Below are positions 48,374 to 61,607 of a stretch of 64,000 bases of DNA, in pieces. The notes under the pieces were generated by a model. It made no database searches and was not told where the DNA came from. It saw only the letters and a list, made by a program, of their open reading frames with translations. The stretch comes from Malacoraja senta (Eukaryota): positions 4,094,001 through 4,158,000 of the forward strand of contig CM075995.1 of NCBI GenBank assembly GCA_038087875.1, given 5' to 3'. Every line of letters begins with the position of its first letter. Positions within the stretch are counted from its first letter, which is position 1. The translations under genes and the position numbers were made by a program.

Positions 48374-51300
48374 TTTTACTTCGGAGTCACGTGAGTGACT
48401 ACGTGAAGAACCCCGCCAGTGCGCCTGCGCGTCATTACGTCAGACGCATTGGCGGAAACGGATGCGAGGAGCAGAGCTCCTCTAGTGGAATTGTAGTTTT
48501 CAACTACAAGTTAAGTAGAAACTTTTTTCAAGTATTTCCGGGTCCGTTTACTGTGGGTCTGTGCGGATTTTTTCCACAGACACCTTGGAAAAAACGGGCA
48601 AGGGGAAGAGGCGAGCGACTCAGCCGACAGAAAGTCGGGAGATTGCGGTTAGCAACCAACCGCCTCTAACCCCGGTACAGTCGCCAACGGAGAGCGTAGC
48701 GACTGTGGACCTGGGGCTGGTGAGAACACAGTCAGTGCCTGTCGGGCGCAAGGCCAAGTTCAAATCGAGACGGCCCACGGAGGAGGAGTCCCAGGCAATG
48801 GAAGTAGCTCCAGGGCTAGATACCGCTTTTGAGCGGATTGCCCAAATGGAAAGCCTTGTACATAGGCTGTTGGAGCGAAGCACACTCAGGGAGGAGTGTA
48901 GCAAAACCCAAGCTGCTGAAAGCAGCTCAACAGCTCCTGGTTCAGGGCTGATGGAATGCACCCTCAGGGATGAGGCGCGTGCCACGGGTTATGAGAGTTC
49001 AGACCCCGACTCTGACGGTGAGGCTGTTCAAGGTGAAGAACGGCAGCTGCCAGATATTCCACCTCTGGCAGTACGATTCGCTGCCCCGTCAGGGTCAGGA
49101 GAGCCATTAGGAGAAGAAGTGGCCTCCCTAATAAATTACTTGGTTTCTCATCAGCTGGAACAGCAGGAGATGGATGATACTTCAAAAAAGCATGAGACTC
49201 CAAGTAACAGGTTGCTCCAACAAAACATACTCAAGGAGGAGTGATGTCAGAACCAGGCTCCAGAAGCCAGGTCAGCAGCACCTAGTGAAGGGCTGCTTGA
49301 TAGCACCCTCATTGATGAGGCGCGTGCACAGGGTCAGCAGAGTTTCCAAAACAAGCGAAGACGGCAGCTGCCATATGGGCTATTCCTGGCAGTACGATTT
49401 GCTGCTCTGTGAGAGTTCTGACCCTGAGTCTGACAGTGAGGCCGATACAAGCGAAGACGGCAGCTGCCAGATGTTTTACTCCTGGTAGCACGATTCGCTG
49501 CCCCGTCAGATTCAGGAGAGCCATTGGAACGGACGTGGTCTCTGTGATCAACTATTGTGTCTGCCATCAGCTCTAGTAGCTTACGATGGAGGATAATGCC
49601 AAAAAAAGCACAAGATCCCAAGGAACTGCGTATTGCTGAAAGTACTAGCAGTGAACCAAGATAAGGGGTCAGATGGGCGAAGGCATGTAAGCCTAAGGAA
49701 AGTAAAAGCTGCTGGGTTGATGAACAACTGCAATTTGCAAAACAATGCATGGAGGCCATGGATGGAGATGCATCAAGTGGCACTAAGGTTGCTATGTAGC
49801 ACCCACTTCAAGATGAATTGTTTCAGGAAGTATGCCATTCGGTCCACCATCAACCCAAAGTTGCAGCAACTCTGTAAAGCCCAGCAATGTGCAGTCATTC
49901 AACTTATTCTTCAGAGAAAAGAGTTGGATAATGAGGCAAAAACAGCAAAGTTGATCACAATATCAATGGTCGTCAAGTCTGCAAAGAGGATGTATCCTTT
50001 CAGACATCATGGACCAAAATCCTGGACCGACATCAGGATCAAATTGACCATTGAAGCAGGTACGCAGTTGATGTCCTGCAGCAGGAAAACGAAAAAGCAT
50101 GGGTTTTGCCTGCCAGGAGCCAGGGACCACTGATCACTCAGATGACAAAGGAGGTAGGTGGACCTGGTTCCTATGGGAACATATTAAGGCAAAAACAGCC
50201 AAATATTGGAAGCAAATTACTTCAGTTATTATTCTGAGTATTATAGAAAGGTTTCGAATTGATTCGATTCAAATACTGATTTTCCATCCAGCATGTTCCA
50301 AGCAGAACACTCCAATTTCACATAAAAATAATTGATGGAGGTTCAAGCTGAATTGAAAACTTGTTTATAAACAAGTAATTGAAAGGTCGGTTCATCAAAA
50401 CCACCAAATTGTGTTTAAAATTTCTCAACCTAAAAAGGTGAGGAGTATTTTAGATCTGACAAGTCTTTAAAATTTTGTGAAGTATAGACACTTCAAAATG
50501 GAGACTTTGAGACTGCCATACAATTTATTTCAAAAAAGATGTTTTATGGCACATAGATCTGAAAGATGTATATTACTTAGTGTTTGTTCATTTATAAGAT
50601 AAAATTATCTGAAGGAACTAATGGCAATTCAAAGTTCTGTCTAACGGGTTAACTTCAGTCCCTAGAAATTCACTAAATTGGTAAAACCAATTTTGGGGCT
50701 AATTAGAGTCCAAGGACAGATGTGGATGGCTTAACTGGATGATGTCCTAATTAGGACGAACAAGAGAATTCGTGAGTTATCTCTCTCAAATTATTCAAAC
50801 CACTTTTGAAAGTTGGGTTTAATTCATCCACAGAAATTAAGTTAACGATACTTACAACAATTAATTATTTGATTCAATTGAAAAGGTAGTAATTTACCCA
50901 GGGTAAATGGTAAAGCTAATTGATGGTTGTATTAAGTAAGACTTTGCCTCCATCACAATGAGGGTGTGCTTGGTGAACTCACTGTGGTGGATGTTTAATT
51001 TGTGTTTATTGTATGTTTTGTTATTATTGGTTCTGTGTATGACTGCAGGCATCACAATTTCGTTCAGACCGAAAGGTCTGAATGACAATAAAGGAAACTT
51101 GACTTGACTTGAGTTGGAAAAGCAACAATCTTCAATTAAGACAGGTGGCCAGTTTGTTAGGAGAATTAGTGTTATTTCCAGCAATACAATATGGGCCATT
51201 GTACTACCAGCAGCTGCAGACTGCAAAAAGAAAAAAACACTAAGATGCATGATGGCCATTTTTTGATAGGCCATGCAATTAAACAACAAATGCTGCTTCT

Positions 51301-53648
51301 GATTGCAGTAGTGGATTTAACATGTCTTCAGTAGTTCAAGCAAGATACGGATTGAACAGCCTTCCATAGTCTTAACAGACTGATATCAGTGTATTAGGAT
51401 TGGTGCCACTGAAAAGGTATCCATCTGTGGACAGATGGAATATGGAAGAAGTATTATTTTACAGACATGGAGAATTGACGTTTTAAAGCCTATTGGAAGG
51501 CTTATAGAAACATAGAAACATATAAAGTAGGTGCGAGAGTAGACCACCAGGCCCATCGAGCCCGCACCGCCATTCGCTCATGGCTGAACACTAAACAGAC
51601 ACCCTTACCCACAAACAGTAGACACAAGACACAGAACACAAGACACTACCCTCCTCTTTATATCGCTATCACCCCTCTCCACCCCAGATTTAGTATTTAG
51701 TTGTTAAATACAACTAAACTGCATGTTCGGTTTCAAATTAACAACACTACAGCAATGGCATGTATTAATTGTATGGGTGGAATTTCTATGATAACAAAGA
51801 ATGGATGTTTAACCTTAAGATTTTTTAATGATATAATAGTCAGATTTGGGAAGCCAGATATGACTTGTTTCCATCCAGACTCAATCACCAGTTACAGAGA
51901 TATGTGTTATGGGACTACATCGGGAGACAGTAGCGATGGATGTTTCTCGCTATATTAGGATGGTATGTTGTTATATGCATTTTACTTCATCCTGTCTCAT
52001 AAATCGGTGTCTGCTTAAAATGAAGCAGTATGCTGCCTCTGGGGTATTTGTGGTACCAGACGGGTCAACGCAGCCATAGTTCCCTTTGATATTGGAATTT
52101 ATGACACAGTGTCTGATGAATGTTCCCAAAAGAAGGAAGTTACGGGTTTATTCGATAATTGGAGAGTAACATCCATCATATGCCTGTATGGATGCAGGTT
52201 AAAAAAAAGAGGATTGTCTGGGCATGCTGTGGACATGCTTACAGCAGTCTGGCAGAAGAGTACTCAAAAGCAGTACATTTGTGACTCTGTAAATGCTGCT
52301 TTCCCATTATGTAAAGAATGAGGGGAAAAACATTTCTGTGTATAAAGATATGGTATGTTGTATGGCACATGACGCAAATGTCTTCGATTTATCTCTATTT
52401 AAGGGGTTGAGTTAGTGCGATTTATTCAGACAGAATTCCTTGTTTTTATTGATGAGGTTGGAAAGACATCCTGTTGAGTTCCGTTCTTTTAATTCCAGAT
52501 TAATGAAAGGAATTTTAATTCCAGACCTTGTAAACCTAGGAGGGAATCTGGAATATAGAGTTGTTTTAAGCTACTTCATCAATGGAGTCTTGGTACGATT
52601 CTGATTTGGCCAAGTTCAGCATGAAGGTAGTCATGCTTATGGCACTTGTAACATTACAAAAGTTACAGATACACAGGATGGAAGTACCTCAGGATTATGT
52701 TATGTTTTACATATGATGACCTACTCAAATTAAGTAGGATCAGGTGTGATAAGATTCAAGAGTGTTTATTAGCATATTTGATGGGTCCATGTCTATATGT
52801 TAAGACATATTTGTTGCAATACATTGAGGCTGCAAAGGTCTTATGAAATATGAAAACAAGATTGTTTATCATTCACGAAAAACCATACAAGATAGTGTCA
52901 GTTCAGACTATTTTAAGATGGTTAAAAACAAGTTTTGGTTGCTGCAGGTGTGAACATTGATGGTTTTACATTCCATTCAGTTTGGCAGCAACATTGATGA
53001 CCAGGGCGAAGGACGTCCCGTCGACCATATTGTCACAGCCGCCGGGTGATCCAATAAGTTGGTGTTTCAACACTTTTACCATCGGCCTATTGCCAATACG
53101 GGGCTGTTTGCAGATACTATATTAAGTTCTGCTTAAATTTCCCTGGGTTAAAGGGGATACTGTTAATTCTTTTATTCAAATAAATGAATTACTGCATTTG
53201 TCAGGCAAATGTTATTATTAATGCATTATTGATTATTTCTCGTTCCGAGTCAATCAATGCAGTGAGAAGCCGGGATTTGTCTGCGGCATGAAATCACAAA
53301 GCTTTAAAATCTTCACGTAGTCACTCACGTGACTCCGAAGTAAAATAGTAAGATTAAACGAGAACTTACCTAAGTTTGAAGTTTGATCTTTATTTTATGA
53401 GGAGTTACGTTGGTGATTACGTGCCCACCACGGCCCAACCCTCTATCATAAAGGTCAGCTGGAAGTTCTTGAATTACTCGTTTTATTATGTTACTATATT
53501 ACTTCGCTTGTTGTTATTTGTGATTTCACACCGCTGCTTTGAAGATGGACGCACAGGCGCACTGGCGGGGTTCTTCACGTAATCACCAACGTAACTCGTC
53601 ATAAAATAAACTTCAAACTCAGGTAAGTTCTCGTTTAATCTTACTATT
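48374..53648 (+). mobile_element. Second DIRS1-type element, inserted in a CR1 3' UTR
   Basis: Same termini as 7959-13209; ICR 53310-53423; right inverted repeat ~53545-53581; gag-like ORF 48561-49244; RT remnants FVKYRHFKMET, IDLKDVYY; recombinase remnant DHIVTAAG. Confidence 0.9.
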
Positions 53649-54285
53649 CTACTCCGATCCCTCATGACCTTATGGCTGCTGTGGGCTTCCAGTCATTGCC
53701 TTCCTTGGACACGATGTCCCTCTCCTCGCCCATCCACCTGTGCTCCGGGCCCTTCGGCCCACCGAGTCCAAGCCGACCAGTGATCACCCCCGAATACGAG
53801 CACTATCCTACACCCTAGGGACAATTTACCAAAACCAATTAACCTGCAAACTGTACTTCTTTAGAGTGTGGGAGGAAACCGGAGCACCCAGAGGAAACCC
53901 ACGCAGTGGGAGCGAGAACGTACATACTTCATACAGACATCACCCGTAGCCAGGATCGAACCCGGGTTTCTGGCGCTGTAAGGCAGCAACTCTACCGCTG
54001 TGCCACTGAGCCGCCCTGAGGATTGTAATTGCCATCTAATGGCCCAACATCAAAGTCAAAGTCAAGTTTATTCGTCACATACACATACGAGATGTGCAGT
54101 GAAATAAAAAGTGGCAATGCTTGCGGATTGTGCAAAAAAACTATAAAACAGAATGGAACAGAAACACATATTCACATATTGCATATTTGTGGGAGGAAAA
54201 AAAGAAAAAAAACAGCAATTTTAAAAAGACACAACAGTAAAAACGTCCAGTAAAGTTAGTCCTTGGAGAGTTAGGAGTTTACAGT

Positions 54286-55258
54286 CATAGAAACATAGAA
54301 AATAGGTGCAGGAGGAGGCCATTCGGCCCTTCGAGCCAGCACCATTCATTGTGATCATGGCTGATCGTCCCCTATCAATAACCCTTGCCTGCCTTCTCCC
54401 CATATCCCTTGACTCCACTAGCCCCTAGTGCTCTATCTAACTCTCTCTTAAATCCATCCAGTGATTTGGCCTCCACTGCCCTCTGTGGCAGGGAATTCCA
54501 TAAATTCACAACTCTCGGTGAAAAAGTTTTTTCTCACCTCAGTCTTAAATGACCTCCCCTTTATTCTAAGACTGTGGCCCCTGGTTCTGGACTCGCCCAA
54601 CATTAGGGAAAAATGTCCTGCATCTAGCTTGTCCAGTCCTTTTATAATTGTATATGTTTCTGTAAGATCCCCCTCATCCTTCTAAACTCCAGTGAATACA
54701 AGCCTAGTCTGTTCAATCTTTCCTCATAAGACAGTCCTGCCATCCCAGGGATCAATCTCGTGAACCTACGCTGCACTGCCCCAATCACAAGGATGTCTTT
54801 CCTCAAATTAGGAGACCAAAACTGTACACAATACTCCAGATGTGGTCTCACCAGAGCCTATACAACTGCAGAAGAACCTCTTTACTCCTATACTGAAATC
54901 CTCTTGTTATGAAGGCCAACATTCCATTAACTTTCTTCACTGCCTGCTGTACCTGCACGCCAACTTTCAGTGACCGGTGTACAAGGACACCCAGGTCTCG
55001 CTGTACCTCCCCCTTACCTAACCTAACCCCGCTGAGATAATAATCTTCCCCCTTGTTTCTGCCGCCAAATTGGATAACCTCACATTTATCTATATTATAC
55101 TGCATCTGCCACGCATCTTCCCACTCACTCAACCTGTGCAAGTCACCCTGCAACCTCCTATCATCCTCTTCACAGTTCACACTGCCACCCAGCTTTGTGT
55201 CATCCGCAAACTTGCTAGTGTTGCTCCTAATTCCCTCTTCCAAATCATTAATATATAT
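54286..55258 (-). mobile_element. CR1 fragment inserted in a Rex1 fragment (54051-54285 + 55259-55378, minus)
   Basis: YINDLEEG..KFADDTKL..; (TATGTTTC)n tail; Rex1 flanks rejoin as in the copy at ~30050. Confidence 0.85.
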
Positions 55259-56173
55259 GGTCCTAATGACCTCTGGGAAGAAACTCCTTCTCATCCTCCC
55301 CGTTTTCACAGCATGGCAACGGAGGCATTTGCCTGACCGTAGCACTGGAACAGTCCGTTGCTGGGGTGGAAGGGGTCTCAATCTCTTGAATATATATTCA
55401 ATCATATCGTTCTGTAATATTCACCAATTGAAATACTGGAAAATTGCAGCACAAACACATAATTGAATGGAAAACAGTGTATGAGAAGATTAGAGATTGA
55501 GGCACCACAAACAAAGTCAAGCCTTGCCCTGCTACATATAAACTGCAGCAGTTGTGTCCTTCTGTTGTCTACTTGCATTTTAATAGGGTTGTGTAAGGTT
55601 ATGTAAGCACTGCCCTTTTGTTAATTTGTTCCACCATCTCTCATCCCAGCATTAAGAGCCAAGACCAAATATTCTGCATCTCCTTCCCAAATCAATTTAT
55701 CCTGCCAGGTAGCCAGAGTGCAAAACAAAGCAAAGAGACACAAAGTGCTGGTGTAACTCAGCCGGTCAGACAACATCTCTGGAGAACATGGATAGGTGAT
55801 GTCTCGAGTCGGGACCTTTCTTCAGACTCCTGACCCAAATCATCACCTATCCATGTTCACCAGAGATGCTGCCGGACCTGCTGAGTTACTCCAGCACTTT
55901 GCATAGGAGGAGGAGGAGGAGGAGGAGGAGGGGGAGGAGGAGGTGTTGTTGTTGTTGTTCCTCAGGCACCTGGGTTTGATCCTGACTACGGGTGCTGTCT
56001 GTATGGTATTTGTACATTCTCCCTGTGACCATGTGGGTTTCCTCCGGGTGTTCTGGATTCCTCCCACATTTGAAAGATGTACAGGTTTGTAGGTTAATTG
56101 GCTTCTGTAAATTGTCCCCAGTGTGTGCAGGATAGAACTAGTGCACGGGGGATCGTTGGTTGGAGCAGACTTA

Positions 56174-56793
56174 AGGGGCTGTCCCACTGCGGCGACCTAA
56201 TTTGCGAGTTTAGGAGAGTTTAGGAGAGTTTGAAAATATGTCATGTTGAAGACCTCCTTCGACTATGTAGAAGACCTCCTTCGACCTCCTTCAACTATGT
56301 TGAAGACTAGCTTCGACTAGCTATGACTAGCTTCGACTAGCTATGACTAGCTTCGGGAAAAGTGGAGAATGAAGACGACCTCCTTCAATCTCCTTCGACC
56401 TCCCTTCGACCTCCCTTCGACCTCCCTTCGACCTCCTTTCGACTATGTTGAAGACTATCTATGACTACCTTCGACTACCTTTGATTACCTTCGACTACCC
56501 TCGATTACCTACGAATAACATGCCGACCTACTACGACCTACTTAGACTAAACCCACGAGTAAAAAAAATTTAGATTTTTTTCCATGGCGACCTTTTTTTA
56601 CTCGCTGGCATTTTTCTACATGTTGAAAAATACGCCGCAGCCTAGCTGAGGCCTCGAGTACACGGGGTCTACGCTCGAGCATGAAGGAGAGTTACAAAGA
56701 CCTCCTAGAACCTCTTATCGACCATGCTGCGAGTATGTCGAGGCCAAACTCGCCAGAACTCACGGATTAGGTCGCCGCAGTGGGACAGCCCCT
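56174..56793. mobile_element. PIF/Harbinger-type MITE in a SINE tail
   Basis: Perfect TIR aggggctgtcccactgcggcgacctaat; TTA TSD; internal cttcgac repeats. Confidence 0.9.
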
Positions 56794-57358
56794 TTAGTGG
56801 GCCAAAGGGCCTGTTTCGTTGCTGTGTCACTAAACTAAACTAAACTCTTTCATTCCAGTACCACCTATATCCTTCTCCGCCAGACTATAGGACATCCCAA
56901 CCCAATACACCTATCCTTTTTCTCTGAAGTTGCTGCCTAACCCATTACGTTACTCCACCACTTTAGTTCCATTTAGTTTAGTTTAGTTTAGAGATACAAC
57001 ATGGAAACCGGCCCTGCGGCCCACTGAGTCCGCGCCGACCAGCGATCCCCGCACATTAACACTATCCTACACACAGTAGGGACAATTTTTCATTTATACC
57101 AAGCCAATTAACATACAAACCTATACTGAACGTCTTTGGAGTGCGGGAGGAAACCGAAAATCTCGGAGAAAACCCACACGGTCACAGGGAGAACGTACAA
57201 ACTCTGTACAGACAGCACCCGTGGTCGGGATCAAACCCAGGTCTCTGGCGCTGTAAGCGCTGTAAGGCAGCAACTCTACCGCTGTGCTACTGTGATTTTG
57301 ATAGACTTTGTGTCTATCTTTGGTATAAACCAACAGTCTGCAGTTCTTTATTTCTACC

Positions 57359-58835
57359 ATATGACATCGTAGTTTAATGTAACCCCACTTTTTAAAAAGG
57401 GAGGGAGAGAGAAAACAGGGAATTACAGACCAGTTAGTCTAACATCGGTGGTGGTGAAAATTCTGGAGTCAGTTATTAAAGATGGGATAGCAGCACATTT
57501 GGAAAGTGGTGAGTTCATTGGACAAAGTCAGCATGGATTTACGAAAGGTAAATCATGTCTGATGAATCTTATAGAATTTTTCGAGCATGTAACTAGTAGA
57601 GTGGATAAGGGAGAACCAGTGGATGTGTTATATCTGGACTTTCAGAAGGCTTTCGACAAGGTCCCACATAAGAGATTAGCATACAAACTTAAAGCACATG
57701 GTATTGGGGGTTCAGTATTGATGTGGATAGAGAACTGGCTGGCAGACAGGAAGCAAAGAGTAGGAGTAAACGGGTCCTTTTCAGAATGGCAGGCAGTGAC
57801 TAGTGGGGTACCGCAAGGCTCAGTGCTTGGACCCCAGCTATTTAAAATATATATTAATGATCTGGATGAGGGAATTGAATGCAACATCTCCAAGTTTGCG
57901 GATGACACGAAGCTGGGGGGCAGTGTTAGCTGTGAGGAGGATGCTAGGAGGCTGCAAGGTGACTTGGATAGGTTGGGTGAGTGGGCAAAGGCATGGCAGA
58001 TGCAGTATAATGTGGATAATTGTGAGGTTATCCACTTTGGTGGCAAAAACAGGAAAGCAGACTATTATCTGAATGGTGGCCGATTAGGAAAAGGGGAGAT
58101 GCAACGAGACCTGGGTGTCATGGTACACCAGTCATTGAAAGTAGGAATGCAGGGGCAGCAGGCAGTGAAGAAAGCAAATGGTATGTTAGCATTCATAGCA
58201 AAAGGATTTGAGTATAAGAGCAGGGAGGTTCTACTGCAGTTGTACAGGGTCTTGGTGAGACCACACCTGGAGTATTGCGTACAGTTTTGGTCTCCTAATC
58301 TGAGGAAAGACATTCTTGCCATAGAGGGAGTACAGAGAAGGTTCACCAGACTGATTCCTGGGATGGCAGGACTTTCATATGAGGAAAGACTGGATAGACT
58401 CGGCTTGTACACGTTGGAATTCAGAAGACTGAGGGGGGATCTTATAGAAACTTACAAAATTCTTAAGGGGTTGGACAGGCTAGATGCAGGAAGATTATTC
58501 CCGATGTTGGGGAAGTCCAGAACTAGGGGTCACAGTTTAAGGATAAGAGGGAAGACTTTTAGGACCGAGATGAGGAAATCGTTTTTTACACAGAGAGTGG
58601 TGAATCTGTGGAATTCTCTGCCACAGAAGGTAGTTGAGGCCAGTTCATTGGCTATATTTAAGAGGGAGTTAGATGTGGCCCTTGTGGCTAAAGGGATCAT
58701 GGGGTATGGAGAGAAGGCAGGGATGGGATACTGAGTTGGATGATCAGCCATGATCATATCGAATGGCGGTGCAGGCTCGAAGGGCCGAATGGCCTACTCC
58801 TGCACCTATTTTCTATGTTTCTATGTTTCTATGTT
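57359..58835 (+). mobile_element. Young 5'-truncated CR1 with open RT (428-aa ORF 57448-58734)
   Basis: Uninterrupted QHGF..SCL.NL..YLDFQKAFDKVPH..VPQGSVLGP..FADD to stop; (TTTCTATG)n tail. Confidence 0.95.
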
Positions 58836-59647
58836 TACCTCAGTATCTGTGACAATAATAAGAAACTAAATGAAACTAAACACTTCCGCTGACCTGATTG
58901 CCCCGAGTAGGGGAATCAAGGTGCATAGGACAGAGATTTAAGGTGAGGGAGGAAAGATGTAATAGGAACCTGAGGAGTCATTTTTGCACACAAAAGGTGG
59001 TGGGTGTATGGAACGAGCTGCCGGAGGAGGTAGATGAGGTGGGTAATATCGCAATGTTTAAGAAACATGTAGGAGCCATTAAGCTTAAGTCAATATATTA
59101 TAGCCATGTCTAACATTTTTAATATTTTAGTATTTATTTGTCTGTATTTTGCAGGTGGGATTTGATACGTAGGATGTGTCTATTTCTAGAGGAGACTAGC
59201 GCTGACTCATAGATTAGCAGTTGGGTCTCGGAAGGATGGTGAGAATACAGTTTTTTACCATTCATTTACACACACATACAAGTTAATGAGACAACATACT
59301 TTTATAATAAGAAACTTTTGTACGATTTATATGACATGAATGGAACAGCGATTAAGAACGGAAAGTGACGGATTATTTCTTTGCTATGTACTACTTCAAT
59401 AAAAGACCAATTAATCAAGAAACAACGTTTGGAAGATTCGTTTTAGCTATCTTAAGCGTGTCGTGAATGCATAAAATATACCTCCTAGCCATCCCTGAGT
59501 AATGGCTATTGAAGTTGGACTTTGAGAACGTCGTAAAGACTGCCATTATAAAACATTTGGGCAGGTACATGGATAGGACAGGTTTAGGGTGATATGGGTC
59601 AAACACAGTCAAGAGTCAAGAGTGGTTTATTGTCATATGTCCCAGAT

Positions 59648-61607
59648 CGTGTGCGGATGTGGCGCCGACGGACGAGAGGCCGAAGCAAAGAAGTCGAAGC
59701 CAAAGAACCGAATGGAAACGAGGCCGAAACGCCAATAAACCGAAAGAGTCCGAAGACGAAACGCCTACTAAAGGATGCGACGCCTAAATGTAAACTAACC
59801 GAAAGGCGGGACGCCTAAAAGCCAACGAACCGAAAAGCTGCGTAGCCTAAAAGCAAACATACCGAATGGCGCTCTGTCGAAACGCCATCTACCCAAAAGG
59901 TGGCATCGCCTACAGGCCAACGAACCAACTGCCGCTCAACAGAAACGTCCAATAACGGACATGACGTTGCCGGGGGGCGGGACTTGTCAGCGATTGGTCC
60001 AGATAACCGCGTCCATCACATCACTGTGAAGGCATGAACATTGTCCCAAACCTCCGCTCCACCCGACCCACAACCTGTAGTGGGTGGCCGTGGGAGAGTG
60101 GGGGCTGTCCCGAGCGATGCGCACCTTCGGCCGCTTTCAACTTGGTGCTTGGGTTCAGATTGCCCAGTCACCTATGGCTTGTGTGGGAAAATAAACCCTA
60201 CGCTCCCGTCTCCCCCATTATCTCCCCTCTTCTCTCTCTCCCCCTCTCTCTCTCCCTTCTCTCTCTCCCTTCTCTCTCCTCCTCTCTCTCCCCTCTTCTC
60301 TTTCTCCTCCTCTCTCTCCACTCTTCTCTCTCCTCCTCTCCCCCCCTCTCTCCCTTCTCTCTCCTCCTTCTCTCTCTCCCCCTTCTCTCTCCCCCCCCTC
60401 TCCCTTCTCTCTCTCCCCTCTCCCCCTTCTCTCTCTCTTCCGTCTCCACCCGCGAGAGCGTCTCTCAGACACTGACCATGATGCACCGCCATCGGACCCC
60501 AACCTCCACACCAGGGTGATTCCCCCCTCCGACCCCCGGACCCCGACACCCACACCAGGTGATTCACCCCGGCCGCGGGGACAGACATTTTATTTATTAC
60601 CGTCTTGGTGCTTGCGGAACGCACCCAAGCTCCCACGCACAAAACAGGCAGCATCTCTGGAGAGAAGGAATGGGTGACGTTTCGTGCCGAGACCATTCTT
60701 CAGAGTGCGTCTGAAAGGTCTCGACCCGAAACGCCGCCCTTTCCTTTTCTCCAGAGATGCTGCCCGGTGAGACTGCTGTCACACAGTGACCCAGCCGGAG
60801 AGGCTGCTGTCACACAGTGACCCAGCCGGAGAGGCTGCTGTCACACAGTAACCCAGCCGGAGCGGCTGCTGTCACATAGTGACCCAGCCGGAGAGGCTGC
60901 TGTCACACAGTGACCCAGCCGGTGAGAGTGCTGTCACACAGTGACCCAGCCGGAGCGGCTGCTGTCACATAGTGACCCAGCCGGAGAGGCTGCTGTCACA
61001 CAGTAACCCAGCCGGAGAGGCTGCTGTCACACAGTGACCCAGTCGGTCAGGCTGCTGTCACACAGTGACCCAGCCGGTGAGACTGCCTCCACACAGTGGC
61101 AGAGCCGGTGAGACCGCTGTCACACAGTGACCCAGCCGGTGAGGCTGCTGTCACACAGTGACCCAGCCGATGAGACTGCTATCACTTAGCGACCCAGCCG
61201 GTGAGCCTGCTGTCACACAGTGGCCCGGCCATTGTTGCTGCTGTCACACAGTGACCGAGCCGGTGGGACAATATTCATGCCTTCACAGTGATGTGATGGA
61301 CACGGGGGTGTGGACCAATCGCTGACAAGTCCCGCCCCCCGGTAACGTCATGTCCGTTATTGGACATTTATGTTAAGCGGCAGTCGGTCCTTTGGCCTGT
61401 AGGCGACGCAGCTTTTCAGTTCGTTGGCTTTTAGGCGTCCCGTCCTTTCGGCTAGTTTGCATTTAGGCGTCCCATCCTTTCGGTTAGTAGGCGTTTCGTC
61501 TTCGGACTCTTTTGGTTTATTGGCGTTTCGGCCTCGTTTCCATTCGGTTCTTTGGCTTTGACTTCTTTGCATCACCTTCTTGTCTGTCGGCGCCACGTCC
61601 GGGTACC
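59648..61607. mobile_element. Non-autonomous foldback-type DNA transposon (MULE-like) with long TIRs
   Basis: TIRs 59648-60048 and 61264-61607 built of cgaa/cgcc subrepeats; TSD gtcccagat at 59639-59647 and 61608-61616. Confidence 0.8.
60765..61263. repeat. 31-bp minisatellite (~16 copies)
   Basis: gctgctgtcacacagtgacccagccggagag units. Confidence 0.9.

Noticed and set aside
59155..59238. Exon-like segment with good acceptor and donor
   Set aside because: Stops in all three frames and no partner exons identified
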